From Narcine bancroftii (lineage: Eukaryota): a DNA stretch of 64,000 nucleotides. Positions 51,325 to 63,065 of the stretch are shown piece by piece. The DNA lies in assembly GCF_036971445.1 (NCBI RefSeq), contig NC_091469.1, positions 453,158,001-453,222,000 on the forward strand, given 5' to 3'. The notes beneath the pieces were generated by a model, which did not search any database, had not been told where the DNA came from, and saw only the letters and a list, made by a program, of their open reading frames with translations. Numbering within the stretch: position 1 is the stretch's first letter; the number at the start of each line of letters is the position of its first letter. The translations under genes were made by a program, and so were the position numbers.

Positions 51325-52205
51325 CAAAAATGGTAGGCCACTGAGGAGTGCAATAGAACAGAGGGATCTGGAAATACAGATATATAATTCCCTGAAAGCG
51401 GTGGCACAGGTACATGGGGTCATAAAGAGAACTTTGGATACAATGGTCATAAATCAAATATTGAGTATAGGAGTTGGGATGTTATGGTAAAGTGGTATAA
51501 GACATTTGTGAAGTCAAATTTTGAGTGTTGTGTACAGTTTTGGTCACCCACCTGCAACAGAGATATCAATAAAATTGAAAGAGTGCAGAGAAAATTTACT
51601 GGGATGTTGCCGGGAAAGGTTAAAAAGGTTAGGAATTTATTCCCTGGAGTGTAGAAGAAAGTTGGGAGATTTGATAGAGGTAAAAAAAAAATTGCAGGTA
51701 GGCTTTTTTCATTGAGGTTAGGTAAGAAGACCGCAGAGCCCACCTCACTGACAAAAGACAAAGGAGGAAAAACCCAACACCCAACCCCAACCAACAAATT
51801 TTCCCCTGCAACCGCTGCAACCGTGTCTGCCTGACCCGCATCGGACTTGTCAGCCACAAACGAGCCTGCAGCTGACGTGGACATTTACCCCTCCATAAAT
51901 CTTCGTCCACGAAGCCAAGCCAAAGAAGAAGAAAAGAAGAAACCAAAGGACATGGTTTAAGAGTGCTTTGCCTTGAGTCATGGGAGAAGTTTAGGGGGAA
52001 ATTTCTTCACACAGAGAGGAGTGAGAGTATACAACGATTTGACAGCTGAAGTGGTGAATGCAGGCTCAATTTTAACATTTAAGAAGAATTCGGACAGGTA
52101 CATGGATGGGGGGGGGGGTATGGACTTCTTGCAGGTCAGTGGGACAGTTCAATATAGACGAGAAGGGCCAAAGGGCTTAGTTTCTGTAAAGTTATGTTCT
52201 ATGCT
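51325..52205 (+). mobile_element. CR1 3' fragment interrupted by an RTE insertion
   Basis: NGRPLRSAIEQRDL, GNFFTQRGVRV, tail gttatgttctatg. Confidence 0.85.
51724..51942 (+). mobile_element. RTE-clade LINE 3' end (C-terminal Zn finger, 3' UTR, (GAA)n tail)
   Basis: 51726-51875 reads EDRRAHLTDKRQRRKNPTPNPNQQIFPCNRCNRVCLTRIGLVSHKRACS*, then a short UTR and aagaagaagaaaagaagaa. Confidence 0.8.
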
Positions 52206-55016
52206 TCTCAATTAGATGAATCCACCCCGACTTCAGCTTCTGTAGCCCTCCATCCTAACTGCAGCACACACACACTTTGCCAGCCTCCTTAATACTAAAG
52301 TTGAGGTACAGGGTATTCCTCTTTACTGTGCACATTCCATATTCTCACCAAGACAAGGCCACCCATCACTTCCTCCCCTTTGTGATCTACAATAACTCCG
52401 AGTCAAGCAATAACTCAATTTTAAAGCTCTGAATTTTGTTTCAACAGCTTCACTTCATTCTGCTTCTATAATTTCTCCACCACAAAATTCCTTTAATTTA
52501 ACCCTTTCTTCCACTGTTTCCTTCCAAACAGCTCTGACATTTGTCATTATGTCTTCAGCTAGCAAGGGCCAAACTTATGAAATTTCCTTCCTTAATGTGT
52601 CCATTCCTCTTAAAACTGCTCCTTCAAAGTAACTCTTATTGGTTTTTTGATCCTGCCTTTAAGTGGTCAAGTCTTTTGGCCACACTCCTGTAAAACACTG
52701 AGAGATCTGGTAATATTTTAAACCTGTTGTTGCCCATCTTTGTTTAGTCAAAACAATTAAATAAAAGCCAACGCCATTTTTGACGAGAAGTTCCACATCA
52801 AAACTATTCATACCACTTTTCTTAAAGCATCTCACTAACCAATGCAGACACACAAAAGGAAATAATTGAAGCCTCTGTTTCTAGTTGTTTACATTAGGAT
52901 TCAAAAACAATGATTTGCGCAAAGATTTAATTAAAGAGCAGCAAACCACAAGGTCTTCAGAGAGCAGAAGGAAAATATATGATTATATGAGGACTTAAAA
53001 TACAGCAAATATTTTCACCTCTCAATTTGAAAAATTAACACATGCACAAATATTTGAAAGGGACTGATTATTTGTTTGCTGCTGAACTATTTTTGCGCAT
53101 GGACCATATTTAATGTTAATTGCTCTTCCGACCAACATTACTAAATAAAAGACCGAAAAGGTCCAGGCTACATTTCAGATGCATGGCTTAGTTGCCTAAT
53201 ATGTACTTGCAAAACATGTTAAACAACGCTGATGAAACTTTCTCCTTACATGATCACACAAGTTATTTTAATTGGTATCGACATTTGGGAAAACTCTCTT
53301 ACCTGCTCCATTAATCAGTCTCAATAAAGCATGAAGCTCATGTGCACAGAAGCAAAAACAATCCAGGGGCATGGCTGTTCTGCCACGATTGCCTGTCACC
53401 ACGCTGGAGCTTGCTTTTGTACTGAGATTTCAGTGACTGCCAATGTTTCAGTAGGAGGGTCAGCACCAAACTGGAATGAAGTACCTCCCACAAAGAAAAC
53501 ATCATTTGAAAGTTGAGTGCATCACCGGGTGAAAGTTACCTGACAGCAGTTGGTCGTATCTTTCAGCTAGTGATTATGGAGCATCATTAGCTGCCCCAGC
53601 AACAATATATCTTTTGACTCAGTACTAAATGGATAAAAATTGCATTCAAATTGTTGTGCTCTGTACACAGAACTGGCTGATGCCAGTGAAAGCAGGTATA
53701 TGTGATAGAGACCATTAGTGGACAACAGGAAGATGTTGCTGTTACTGGGTTAACTCGTTGAATCTGGAAGAAACACACCTGCACTCACGTTTTCCCCCCA
53801 CTGCCCCATCGCCTGTCCCATGAGCAGCAGAAGGCAGGCATTTCCCTCAAGGAGTTGGCCCGTCTCATATTCTTGCTCCTCCTGAGTTCCTCCAAATGCA
53901 GGCAAATAGGACTAACTTGGTCGTCATGGGCAAGTTGGGTCGATGGCCTTTTCTCTGTGCAGTAGAACTCCAGGACTTTTTTGACTAATATCGACCACTT
54001 TGAAATGCAAGTAGGGATCCATAATCACATCACCAATGAGTGCATATCTGCTGTTACAATGCCAGAAACACAAGTTCAAATTTGGCGTTGTCTGTAAAGA
54101 GTTTGTACATTCTCCTTATGTCTGTGTGGGTTTCACATCGTCAAGTTTATTGTCATCTGATTGAACAAGTGCAACTCGACAAAACAGCATTCTCCAGTCC
54201 TTGGTGCAAAACATGCAGACACACAAGCAGGCCTAACTCATTTACAAACAATACATATGCAGGACAAGTAATTAATCCATAAAAATAAATAATTAAGTAT
54301 CATTTTATGCATATAGGAGTCTCAGATGGTTCCTCCCACCTTCAAAAAATTATGGAGGTTGCAGCTTAATTTGGTGGGCACAGGATTATGGGCCAGAAGG
54401 GTCTGTACATCTAAATTAAAATTAATTCAAAAAATCAAAATATATTTGATGCCCAACTTCTATGTGTATTCCGGTTTTGTCATTGCAAGGCACTTTTTAA
54501 CTACCATAATGCTCGATACTTTTGCCACTTGGTTTCATCCCTCAGCACACAATAGAACAATGGTTCACAGCATGATGTAGGCTGGCAACCTTCAAATTAA
54601 AGGATGTGCAATGCAAAAAGTTCACAAAAAATCCAGTCTCGGTAAAATTCCTTGAAAAGTTGGGCCTCCATTCAGAGGAAAAGGTTGAAGTTATCTGGTG
54701 CTGTGTTGTGGGTGTTTGAAAAATAATCAAAACATGGAGGATGAGTCACAGTGAAACCCTCTCCCTCAAATTGAAATTGTTTGACAACAATACAGAAAAA
54801 GAGAGAAAGATAAAAATAAAAAATAGAAATAGAGAAAGAGAGGTAGATAGACAAGGTTCATGTAGGGTACTTCAGAAAGTCTGGTAACCACAGTGAAACT
54901 GTTTTGAAGTAAAAGCTGTCGTCAATGAAGCAATGAACATGTTCCTAGGAAGATAACATGAATCTGCGAATGGTGTAGTTTTCTTGGCAGATTTCATTTC
55001 TCTTCACTTCAGGTTG

Positions 55017-55950
55017 CTTGCTTTGACCAAGTCCACAGGCTGTGGTCTTGCTTTGACCAAGTCCACAGGCTGTGGTCTTGCTTTGACCAAATCCACAGGC
55101 TGTGGTCTTGCTTTGACCAAGTCCACAGGCTGTGGTCTATCTTTGACCAAGTCCACAGGCTGTGGTCTTGCTTTGACCAAATCCACAGGCTGTGGTCTTG
55201 CTTTGACCAAGTCCACAGGCTGTGGTCTTGCTTTGACCAAATCCACAGGCTGTGGTCTTGCTTTGACCAAGTCCACAGGCTGTGGTCTTGCTTTGACCAA
55301 ATCCACAGGCTGTGGTCTTGCTTTGACCAAATCCACAGGCTGTGGTCTTGCTTTGACCAAGTCCACACACATTGGTTTTGTTGTGACCAAGCTCACAATC
55401 AGTGCTCTTGCTGTGACAAAATCCACACACATTGGTCTTCCTTTAACCAAGCTTGCAGTCAGTGGTCTTGCTGTGACCGAGCTCACAGTTATTGATCTTG
55501 CTTTGACCAAGCTCACACATACTGGTCTTGTTGTGACTAAGCCACAGTCAGTGGTCTTGCTTTGACCAAGCCCAGATACAGTGGCCTTGCTGTGACAAAG
55601 CCGACACATATTGATCTTGCTGTGACCAAGCCCAGACACAGTGGCCTTACTGTGACCAAGCCTACACATACTGGTCTTGCTGTGACCAAACCCACAGTCA
55701 GTGGTCTTGCTTTGACCAAGCCCACACACAGTAGCCTTGCTGTGACCAAGCCCTCACACAGTGGTCTTGCTGTGACCAAGCCCACACACAGTGATTTTGC
55801 TGTGACCAAACCCACACACAGTGGTCTCGATGTGACCAAGCCCTCATACAGTGGTCTTGCTGTGACCAAGCCCTCACACAGTGGTCTTGCTTTGACCAAT
55901 CCCACACACAGTGGTGTTGCTGTGACCAAGCCCGCACACAGTGGTCTTGT
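55017..55950 (+). repeat. 30-bp minisatellite (CTTGCTTTGACCAAGTCCACAGGCTGTGGT), homogeneous to about 55367 and divergent after that
   Basis: About 31 units directly visible; gives 10-aa repeat ORFs in several frames. Confidence 0.97.
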
Positions 55951-57399
55951 TCCGTTAGCATCAGGGCCCATAATGTTTACTAGACTTTCTGTTTTTTTTT
56001 AAACTGGAGATTATTGGCAAGAAAATATATACAAAAGCTCAAAGGTAATTCAAGTAATTACATTTATTAAAAAGTTGGTTCTTTTAACCCAGATTTACAA
56101 ATTCTTAAAATGATTGATGAGAGATCTAAAAGGAACATTTTAAAGTGACATGAGGAAACTGGTGAAGGCAAGTTGCTCTGGGATTATTTGAGTAGACTGA
56201 GAACATCTGTGGCTGAGCTATGTGCCTACGAAGTGGCTTCAAATATCGGACAATAACAAAGGCCTCATATCTTTCTTGCGGTTTAAGGTGGAGAGCAAAA
56301 AGTGAAGAAAAATGACAGTTTTAAAATAGGAGTACATTTTTGGACATTCTTTCTTTATTCCAACATCATCATACCCGTCCCCCACCCTTCCGAGATTCCA
56401 GTTAGGATTACTGGGTCAAAGCATTAGGCCATTGGTCAGGGAGACTGGGGGAAACTGCAGTATGAGACTTTCCTGCTTGCAACCACAGCTATCCCATGAC
56501 ATCTATTAAAAAAAGCTCCAGTTATGTATCCTCGGGAAGCTCCAGAATTAGGTACGCTGAATCATGAAGTGAAAGCTGATGTTGGGTGTGTTTCTTTATC
56601 CACTGCCCATTTCCAGGTGGCTAAGCAGAGGGGAATGTTTCCTGTCATACGTAAAAGTACATTGTACTTACACACCAAAATCCTTCCTGCAGCTACATAG
56701 GTAGGTAAAGTACACTAACAAACAATAAGCACAAGTTAACGCACAAGACAGAAAAAGATAATAAACATAAAAGTATAGATAAATACTCACATTTGCAGTT
56801 AGTACAACACAAAATGTTAAGTTACAACAGTGCAGACAAGTTCTTAGGCTGGTCCTGGAGAAAGCCTCCTGTTTAGGGTGGTACAGGGACTTTCAAAATC
56901 TTGATAGCTGTTGGAAATAAACCATTCAGAGGTGCTGAACTATAGGCCTCTGTACCTCGTGCCTGGTGAGAAAGCGAGTGAGCATGGTGAAGGGGATCCT
57001 TAATGACGATGGCTACTTTTTTCAATGGATGGGAGATCAGCACCTGTGTTTGACTTAGTGAAACGCGAAAGCCTGCAGAAGCTGTGATTGTAGTAAAGAC
57101 ACACCAAAATGCTGGAGAAACTCAGAAGGTCTTTTCAGCATCCATAAAAAACAAGGATATGTGGCTGACATTTCAAGCCTGAGCCCTTCAAGGAATAAGT
57201 AGAATGAGCCAGAAGTTGGGTTTTCTCACTTCTGACCCTTCTGCACTAAATCCACTAAACATTCAACTTCTCTCGTTTGGTAACTCGAGTGACTAGGAAT
57301 GCAGAAGGCAACAGAAAATGACGTCCAGTGCAGGCACCATTGTAGACATCTGTATAAGACAATGCCTCAAGAAGGCAGCCTGCATCGTAAAGGACCCCT

Positions 57400-60300
57400 T
57401 GTAGTGCTATCGATCAATCACATTAGACAGAGTTGTGCCTCCGAGGTTAGTAGGACTGTGAGGTTGCTCGGTCTGGGGTTGGGGCACGGTGTCAGGTGCA
57501 ATTAGTGGGGCCAGTTGACCAGGGTTACCATGAGGGCATGTTGATTGGTTGGTTGAGGAGTTCCATGCACGAGCCAGGTCTCGGATGGAAACCGTTCCCT
57601 GCTGCCTATCCTGGTCCTCCACGTAAACATATTTGGGGTTCACATGGAGGAGATTGACCTTCTCGACCAGAGGGTCAGTCTTGTGGCATCTGATATGCCT
57701 CTGGAGCAGTACGGCTCCAGGGGTCGTCAGCTAGGATGGCAGTGTGGCACCCAATGCCGACTTCCTGGGGAAGGAAAAGAGCTTTTCATGCAGTGTCACA
57801 TTAGCAGCGGAACAGAAGAGGGATCTCATGGCATGCGGCACCTCAGGGAGGACAACTTGCTGCTGGGAGATGGGTAGGCCTTTCGACCTGAGGGCTAGGA
57901 GGACTGCCTTCCAGATGGTGGCGTTCTCCCTTTCTATCTAGCCGTTCCCCTGGGGGTTATAGCCCATGGTCCTGCTCGTGGCTATGCCCTTGGCCAGCAG
58001 GTACTAGCGCAGCTCCTCCCTCAGAAACGAGGATCCCCATTAGCTATGGATATAGCCGAGGTATCCAAAAGGAGTGAATAAGATATGCAGTGCCTTTATG
58101 AATGTGGCTGTAGTCATATCCGGACAGGGGATGGCAAAAGGGAAGCGGGAGTATTCATCAATGATATTCAGGAAGTATATGTTCCTGTTGGTGGACGGAA
58201 GAGGGCCCTTGAAATCTATGCTCAACTGCTCGAAGGGGCAGATGGCTTTGATAATGTGGGTTTTGTCTAGCTCCCCAATATCTTCAACCGAGTAGGGGAG
58301 ATTGTGGGCTCTAATAAAGTGGTAGAGCCTGGTGACCCTGGGATGGCAGAAGTTGTTGTGAAGGACTTGGAGGAGGTCCAACTGCACGTTGGCACATGTG
58401 CCATGGGGCAGAGCATCGGGAGGCTCGTTGAGCTTCCAGGGCCGGTACAAGATCTTGAAGTTGTAGGTGGATAGCTCAATTCTCCACCTCTTGCCGTTCT
58501 TAATTTTTCCCCACTGTTTGTTATTGAACATAAAAGTGACTGCATGTTGGTCAGTCAGCAGGGTGAATAGTTTTCCAGCCAGGTAGTGCCTCCAGTGGTA
58601 CTCAGCTTCCACTATGGCCTAGGCTTCCTTTTCGATGGCTGAATGCTAAAGTTAGGGGCTCTAGAAAGTTCGGGAAAAGAAAGCCACTGATCTGCCCACC
58701 TGCTTGATCGTGGCAGCCAGGGCAAAGTCAAACTCTCCACCTGAAATGGGAAGCATTCATCCACAGCACGCATTGCTGCCTTGGTGATGGGGAAAGGTAG
58801 TAGATTTCACCAGAGGGTGGGCTTTGTCCGCATAACTTGGGACCCACTGGGCGCAATACGAAAAGAACCTCAAGCACCTTTTCAGGGCCTTGAGGGTATG
58901 GGGCAATGGGAATTCCAACATGCAGTCAGGGTCAGACCCATTCTCCACCATGCAACCCAGCATGGCCAGCCATGAAGTACCGAACACGCAATTCTTTTGG
59001 TTATATGTTAGGTTGAGGCTCTTTGTGGCCTGGAGAAATTTCTGCAGGTTAGAGTCATGATCCTGCTGGTCTTGGCCGCAGATGGTCACATTGTCTAGGT
59101 GAGGAAGAGTGGCCTTGAGTCCATAGTCATCCACTATTCGGTCCATCTCCATCTGGAAGACAGAGACCCCATTAGTGACCCTGAAAGGGACTCGGAGGAA
59201 GTGGTAGAGGTGGCCGTCCACTTCGAAGGCAATGTATGGGGTGTCCTCCAGACAGATTGGGAGTTCGTGGTGGGCCAACTTGAGGTCAATGTTTGAGAAG
59301 ACCCGGAACTGGGCGATCTTGTTCACCATGTCAGCGATGCGGGAGTGGGTAGGCATCCAGCTAGGTAGATCGGTTTATGGTTTGGGTGTAGCCTGGCTCC
59401 ACCTTTAACAACCACCACCTGTGCCCTCCAGGGGCTGGTACTGGGTTCTATGATCCCCTCTGCCAGAAGTTGTTTGACTTCTGCTTCGATGAAGGCTTTG
59501 TATCACTATTGGCGATGATCTGCTTGCAGTCGGGGGTAAGGTTCTTGAACAAGGGTGGTGGTGGTTCCGAAGGTTAGGGAGACCACAGGTCATGTTCAGA
59601 GAGGGGGTCAAGAGGTTTAAGAATTTGCAGTTGCGGATCATGACAGGCGGGTGTGGGCTGTCAAACTGCATTTGGACACTCTTTAGCTGGCTCTGTGTGC
59701 AGAGCTGTGGCAAGATAAGGAGCTTAAAGTTCTCATACTCCATGCCCCGCACAGTCAGCGTCACGGTGCAACAGCCGTGGATCTCAGCATAATGGGATTA
59801 GGAGGCCAGGAAGACTTTATATTTTGCCAGGGTTACCACGAGGGAGTAGCACTGTACTGTGCCTGTGTGAATGAAGCTCTCCGTATTGAATAAGCAGTTT
59901 GTGACGTGACCATTTACTTACTCGATGTTCATCATGGCCCTGGCCAGTTGATGTGGGCTGTCCTGATCCAGGGCAATTGAGGCCAGCATCTGGTCGTTGT
60001 CTGAGTCGCTGCTATAGAGTTGGTTTGGGGGGCACCCACCAAGATGGCTGCCCCTATGCCGCGCACACAGTGCTGCTCCTTGCCGCCGGAAGTGGTGTTG
60101 ATCTGGATTGGCACTCCCATGGCCCTGCCGAACCATTTCCTACAACCGGAAGTGATGCCAGAGGTGAAGCCAGAAGTGACACGGTCCAAGATGGCAGCTG
60201 ATTTCGACTGGATGCGTCACTGCTGGAAGGGGGTTGGGACCTAAATACCTTCCCATGGTGTCTCTTCTTCCCCCAGGTGGAGCATATAGTTTCAGGCTGG

Positions 60301-61193
60301 GCAGTTCTTCCGGGGATGCTTCGTGTGTCCACAGAAGTAGCACTTTGGGTGCTCAATGGTGGCAGCAATGATCTGGAATCCAGTGTGCCAAGATGGCAGC
60401 ATCCATGCTCCCCATGTGGCGGCCGTGTTCTCCGAGAAGACCTCTGCATTCAGCTGCGTGGCTCAAGCATTTTAGCCAGGTTGACTACTCCTTATAGGCT
60501 TTGATTGCTCTTTTCCAGGAGTCTCTGTCTGATGTGATCAGACTTGAACCCAGCTACACGTGCATTGTGTATCAGGCAGCAGCAGAGACTTCTCTGCAGT
60601 TGCAGGCTCGCCCCAGCTCCCACAGGACCTGCATGTACTCATCGACTAACTCATCAGGTACTTGTCTTCGACTGTCCAGAAGGAATCTGGCATAGATGAC
60701 ATTCGTCGGGGTCCGATATCTTTCTGCAGGAGCTCCATTGCGGCCAAGTAGGTAGTGCAGTCCCTTATCATCTGGAAGACTCAGTGTCCAAGCTGAGTGA
60801 AGCGTTTGTCTTCCTCACTCTGTATGCTGTTGCATCTCATGAAAGCAATGAGGCATTGCAACCATTGATCAAATTTGACTGAGGCCTCCGGATCTTTAGG
60901 GTTGGTGTCCAGTTTATCTGCCTGTATTGCCTTGTCCATGGCCCAAAAATTTAAGGTGATTAAATTGTAGCACTATTGATCAACCACATTAGACAGAGAG
61001 TTGAGATTAATAGCCTTTAATCACCTTAAGATATCTCTCATGTTGCTGACCCGGATCCAAGGCAGGTACTGAGGGAGGAGTTTGGGTGTAACAGACTTTA
61101 TGGGGATTTCTGGGAGGGAGGAGACACAGGTTCAGGGGATGGGCCAGCTCATACCATATATACATACAGACCATACCCCTGAAGTGACTACTA
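57400..61193 (-). mobile_element. Decayed Ty3/Gypsy LTR retrotransposon (gag-PR-RT-RH-IN), probably Mag-related
   Basis: gag from ATG at 60939 (MDKAIQADKLDTNPKDPEASVKFDQWL), Zn-knuckle remnant CSTWGKKRH, PR remnant TESFIH, RT (FSNIDLKLAHH, YHFLRVPF.VTNG, HLDNVTI), RH (WRHYLAGK.FTLLTDQ), IN (SIDFKGPLP, IIDEYSRFPFA, YNPQGNG). LTR at about 60966-61193 plus a remnant at 57400-57434. Confidence 0.93.
60966..61193 (-). repeat. 5' LTR of the Gypsy element (about 228 bp; outer boundary approximate)
   Basis: Plus strand starts TGTAGCAC, matching tgtagtgctatcgatcaatcacattagacagag at 57400. Ends ...gtgactacta, an imperfect inverted terminus. ATTAAA on the element strand. Confidence 0.8.
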
Positions 61194-61464
61194 TCCAGAA
61201 AAGGGCGCTTGGAGGCCAGGTAGGGTTCTTGTTGGTGATGCATTTCAATTTAATTCACTGCAAAGCCCAGTTGAGTTTTTAAATATTTATTGATAAACAC
61301 AAAAGACTTGTTTTGATCGTAACGTTCCAATAATAATGATAACAAAAGTTGTAACGATATTCGGAGTAGACAACAAAGAATATTCGAGCCCTACTCACCC
61401 ACCTAGTCTTTAACTCATCACCCAAGTTGACGGGCTAATGAATCACGCCCAAACTCCTGCAATT

Positions 61465-63065
61465 GCACTAACCGCCCCCAGTACATGAAACTCACCAAGT
61501 AAGCGCCAACTATCCCCAGTATGCCAAACCCACCACACATGCCCCAATCATCCCTGGTACGTGAAACCTACTGCATAAACACAACTGTCCCCAGTATTCG
61601 AAACCCACCATGCAGGTGCCAACTGCCCCAGTACATGAAACCTATTGCACCGGCACTGACTTTCCCCAGTACACAAAACCCACCGCGCTTGCACCAACTG
61701 TCCCCAGTACACGAAACCCACCATGCCTGCACCAACCAACCCCAGTACACAAAACACATCACGCTTGCCCAAACCGTTCCCAGTACATTAAACTCACCAT
61801 GCCGGCACCAACAGTTCCCAGTATACGAAATCCACCGCACATGCACCAACCAACCCCAGTATACAAAATCCACTGTGCCTGCACCAACCTATCCCCCGTA
61901 CACGAAACCCACCGCACCTGCACCTACTGTCCCCAGTACACAAAACCCACTGCACCTGCACCAACCTGCCCCCAGTACAGGAAACCCCCCCTTGTACCTG
62001 CACCAACCTGTTCCCAGTACACAAAACCCACCACACCTGCACCAACCTGTCCCCAGTACACGAAACCCACCACTTATGCACCAACCAACCCCAGTACACA
62101 AAACCCACTGCGCTTGCACCTACATCCTCAGTACACGAAATCCACCGCACCTGCACCAACTGTCCCCAGTACACAAAACCCACCACACCTGCACCAACTG
62201 TCCCCAGTACACAAAACCCACTGTGCCTGCACCAACCTGTCCCCAGTATACAAAAACCACCACGCCTGCACCAACTGTCTCCAGTACATGAAACCCACTG
62301 CACCTGCACCAACTGTCCCCAGTATACGAAACCCACCATGCCTGCACCAACAGTTCCCAGTACACAAAACCCACAGCTTATGCACGAACCATCCCCAGTA
62401 CACGAAACCCACTGCGCCTGCTCCAACCGTCCCCAGTACACGAAACCCACCGCTTCTGCACTAACCGTCCCCAGTATGTGAAAACCACCACCCCTGCCCC
62501 AACCATCCCAAGTACGGGAAACTCACCACACATGTCGTTGCCAACCATCACCAGTGCACAAAATCCACCACGCCTGCTCCAACTGTCCCCAGTACACGAA
62601 ACCCACTGTGCCTGCACCAACCTGTCCCCAGTATACAAAAACCACCACGCCTGCACCAACTGTCTCCAGTACATGAAACCCACTGCACCTGCACCAACTG
62701 TCCCCAGTATACGAAACCCACCATGCCTGCACCAACAGTTCCCAGTACACAAAACCCACAGCTTATGCACGAACCATCCCCAGTACACGAAACCCACTGC
62801 GCCTGCTCCAACCGTCCCCAGTACACGAAACCCACCGCTTCTGCACTAACCGTCCCCAGTATGTGAAAACCACCACCCCTGCCCCAACCATCCCAAGTAC
62901 GGGAAACTCACCACACATGTCGTTGCCAACCATCACCAGTGCACAAAATCCACCACGCCTGCTCCAACTGTCCCCAGTACACGAAACCCACTGTGCCTGC
63001 ACCAACTGCCCCAGTACACTAAACCCGCCATGCATAGCCCAATTATCCCCAGTACGCAAAACCTG
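61465..63065 (+). repeat. About 38-39-bp degenerate minisatellite (ccccagtacacgaaacccaccgcacctgcaccaactgt) with a 385-bp higher-order duplication
   Basis: About 40 units; identical variant blocks recur at 62221, 62606 and 62991 (spacing 385). Confidence 0.95.

Noticed and set aside
55630-55945. Repeated CACAGTG (RAG RSS heptamer)
   Set aside because: No ACAAAAACC nonamer at 12/23 spacing and no V/J segments; the heptamers are part of the minisatellite.
54984-56002. Repeat-protein ORFs (LALTKSTGCG)n and (VDLVKARPQP)n
   Set aside because: They are open in several frames on both strands because the 30-bp unit lacks stops. No convincing gene structure, and a frameshift near 55550.
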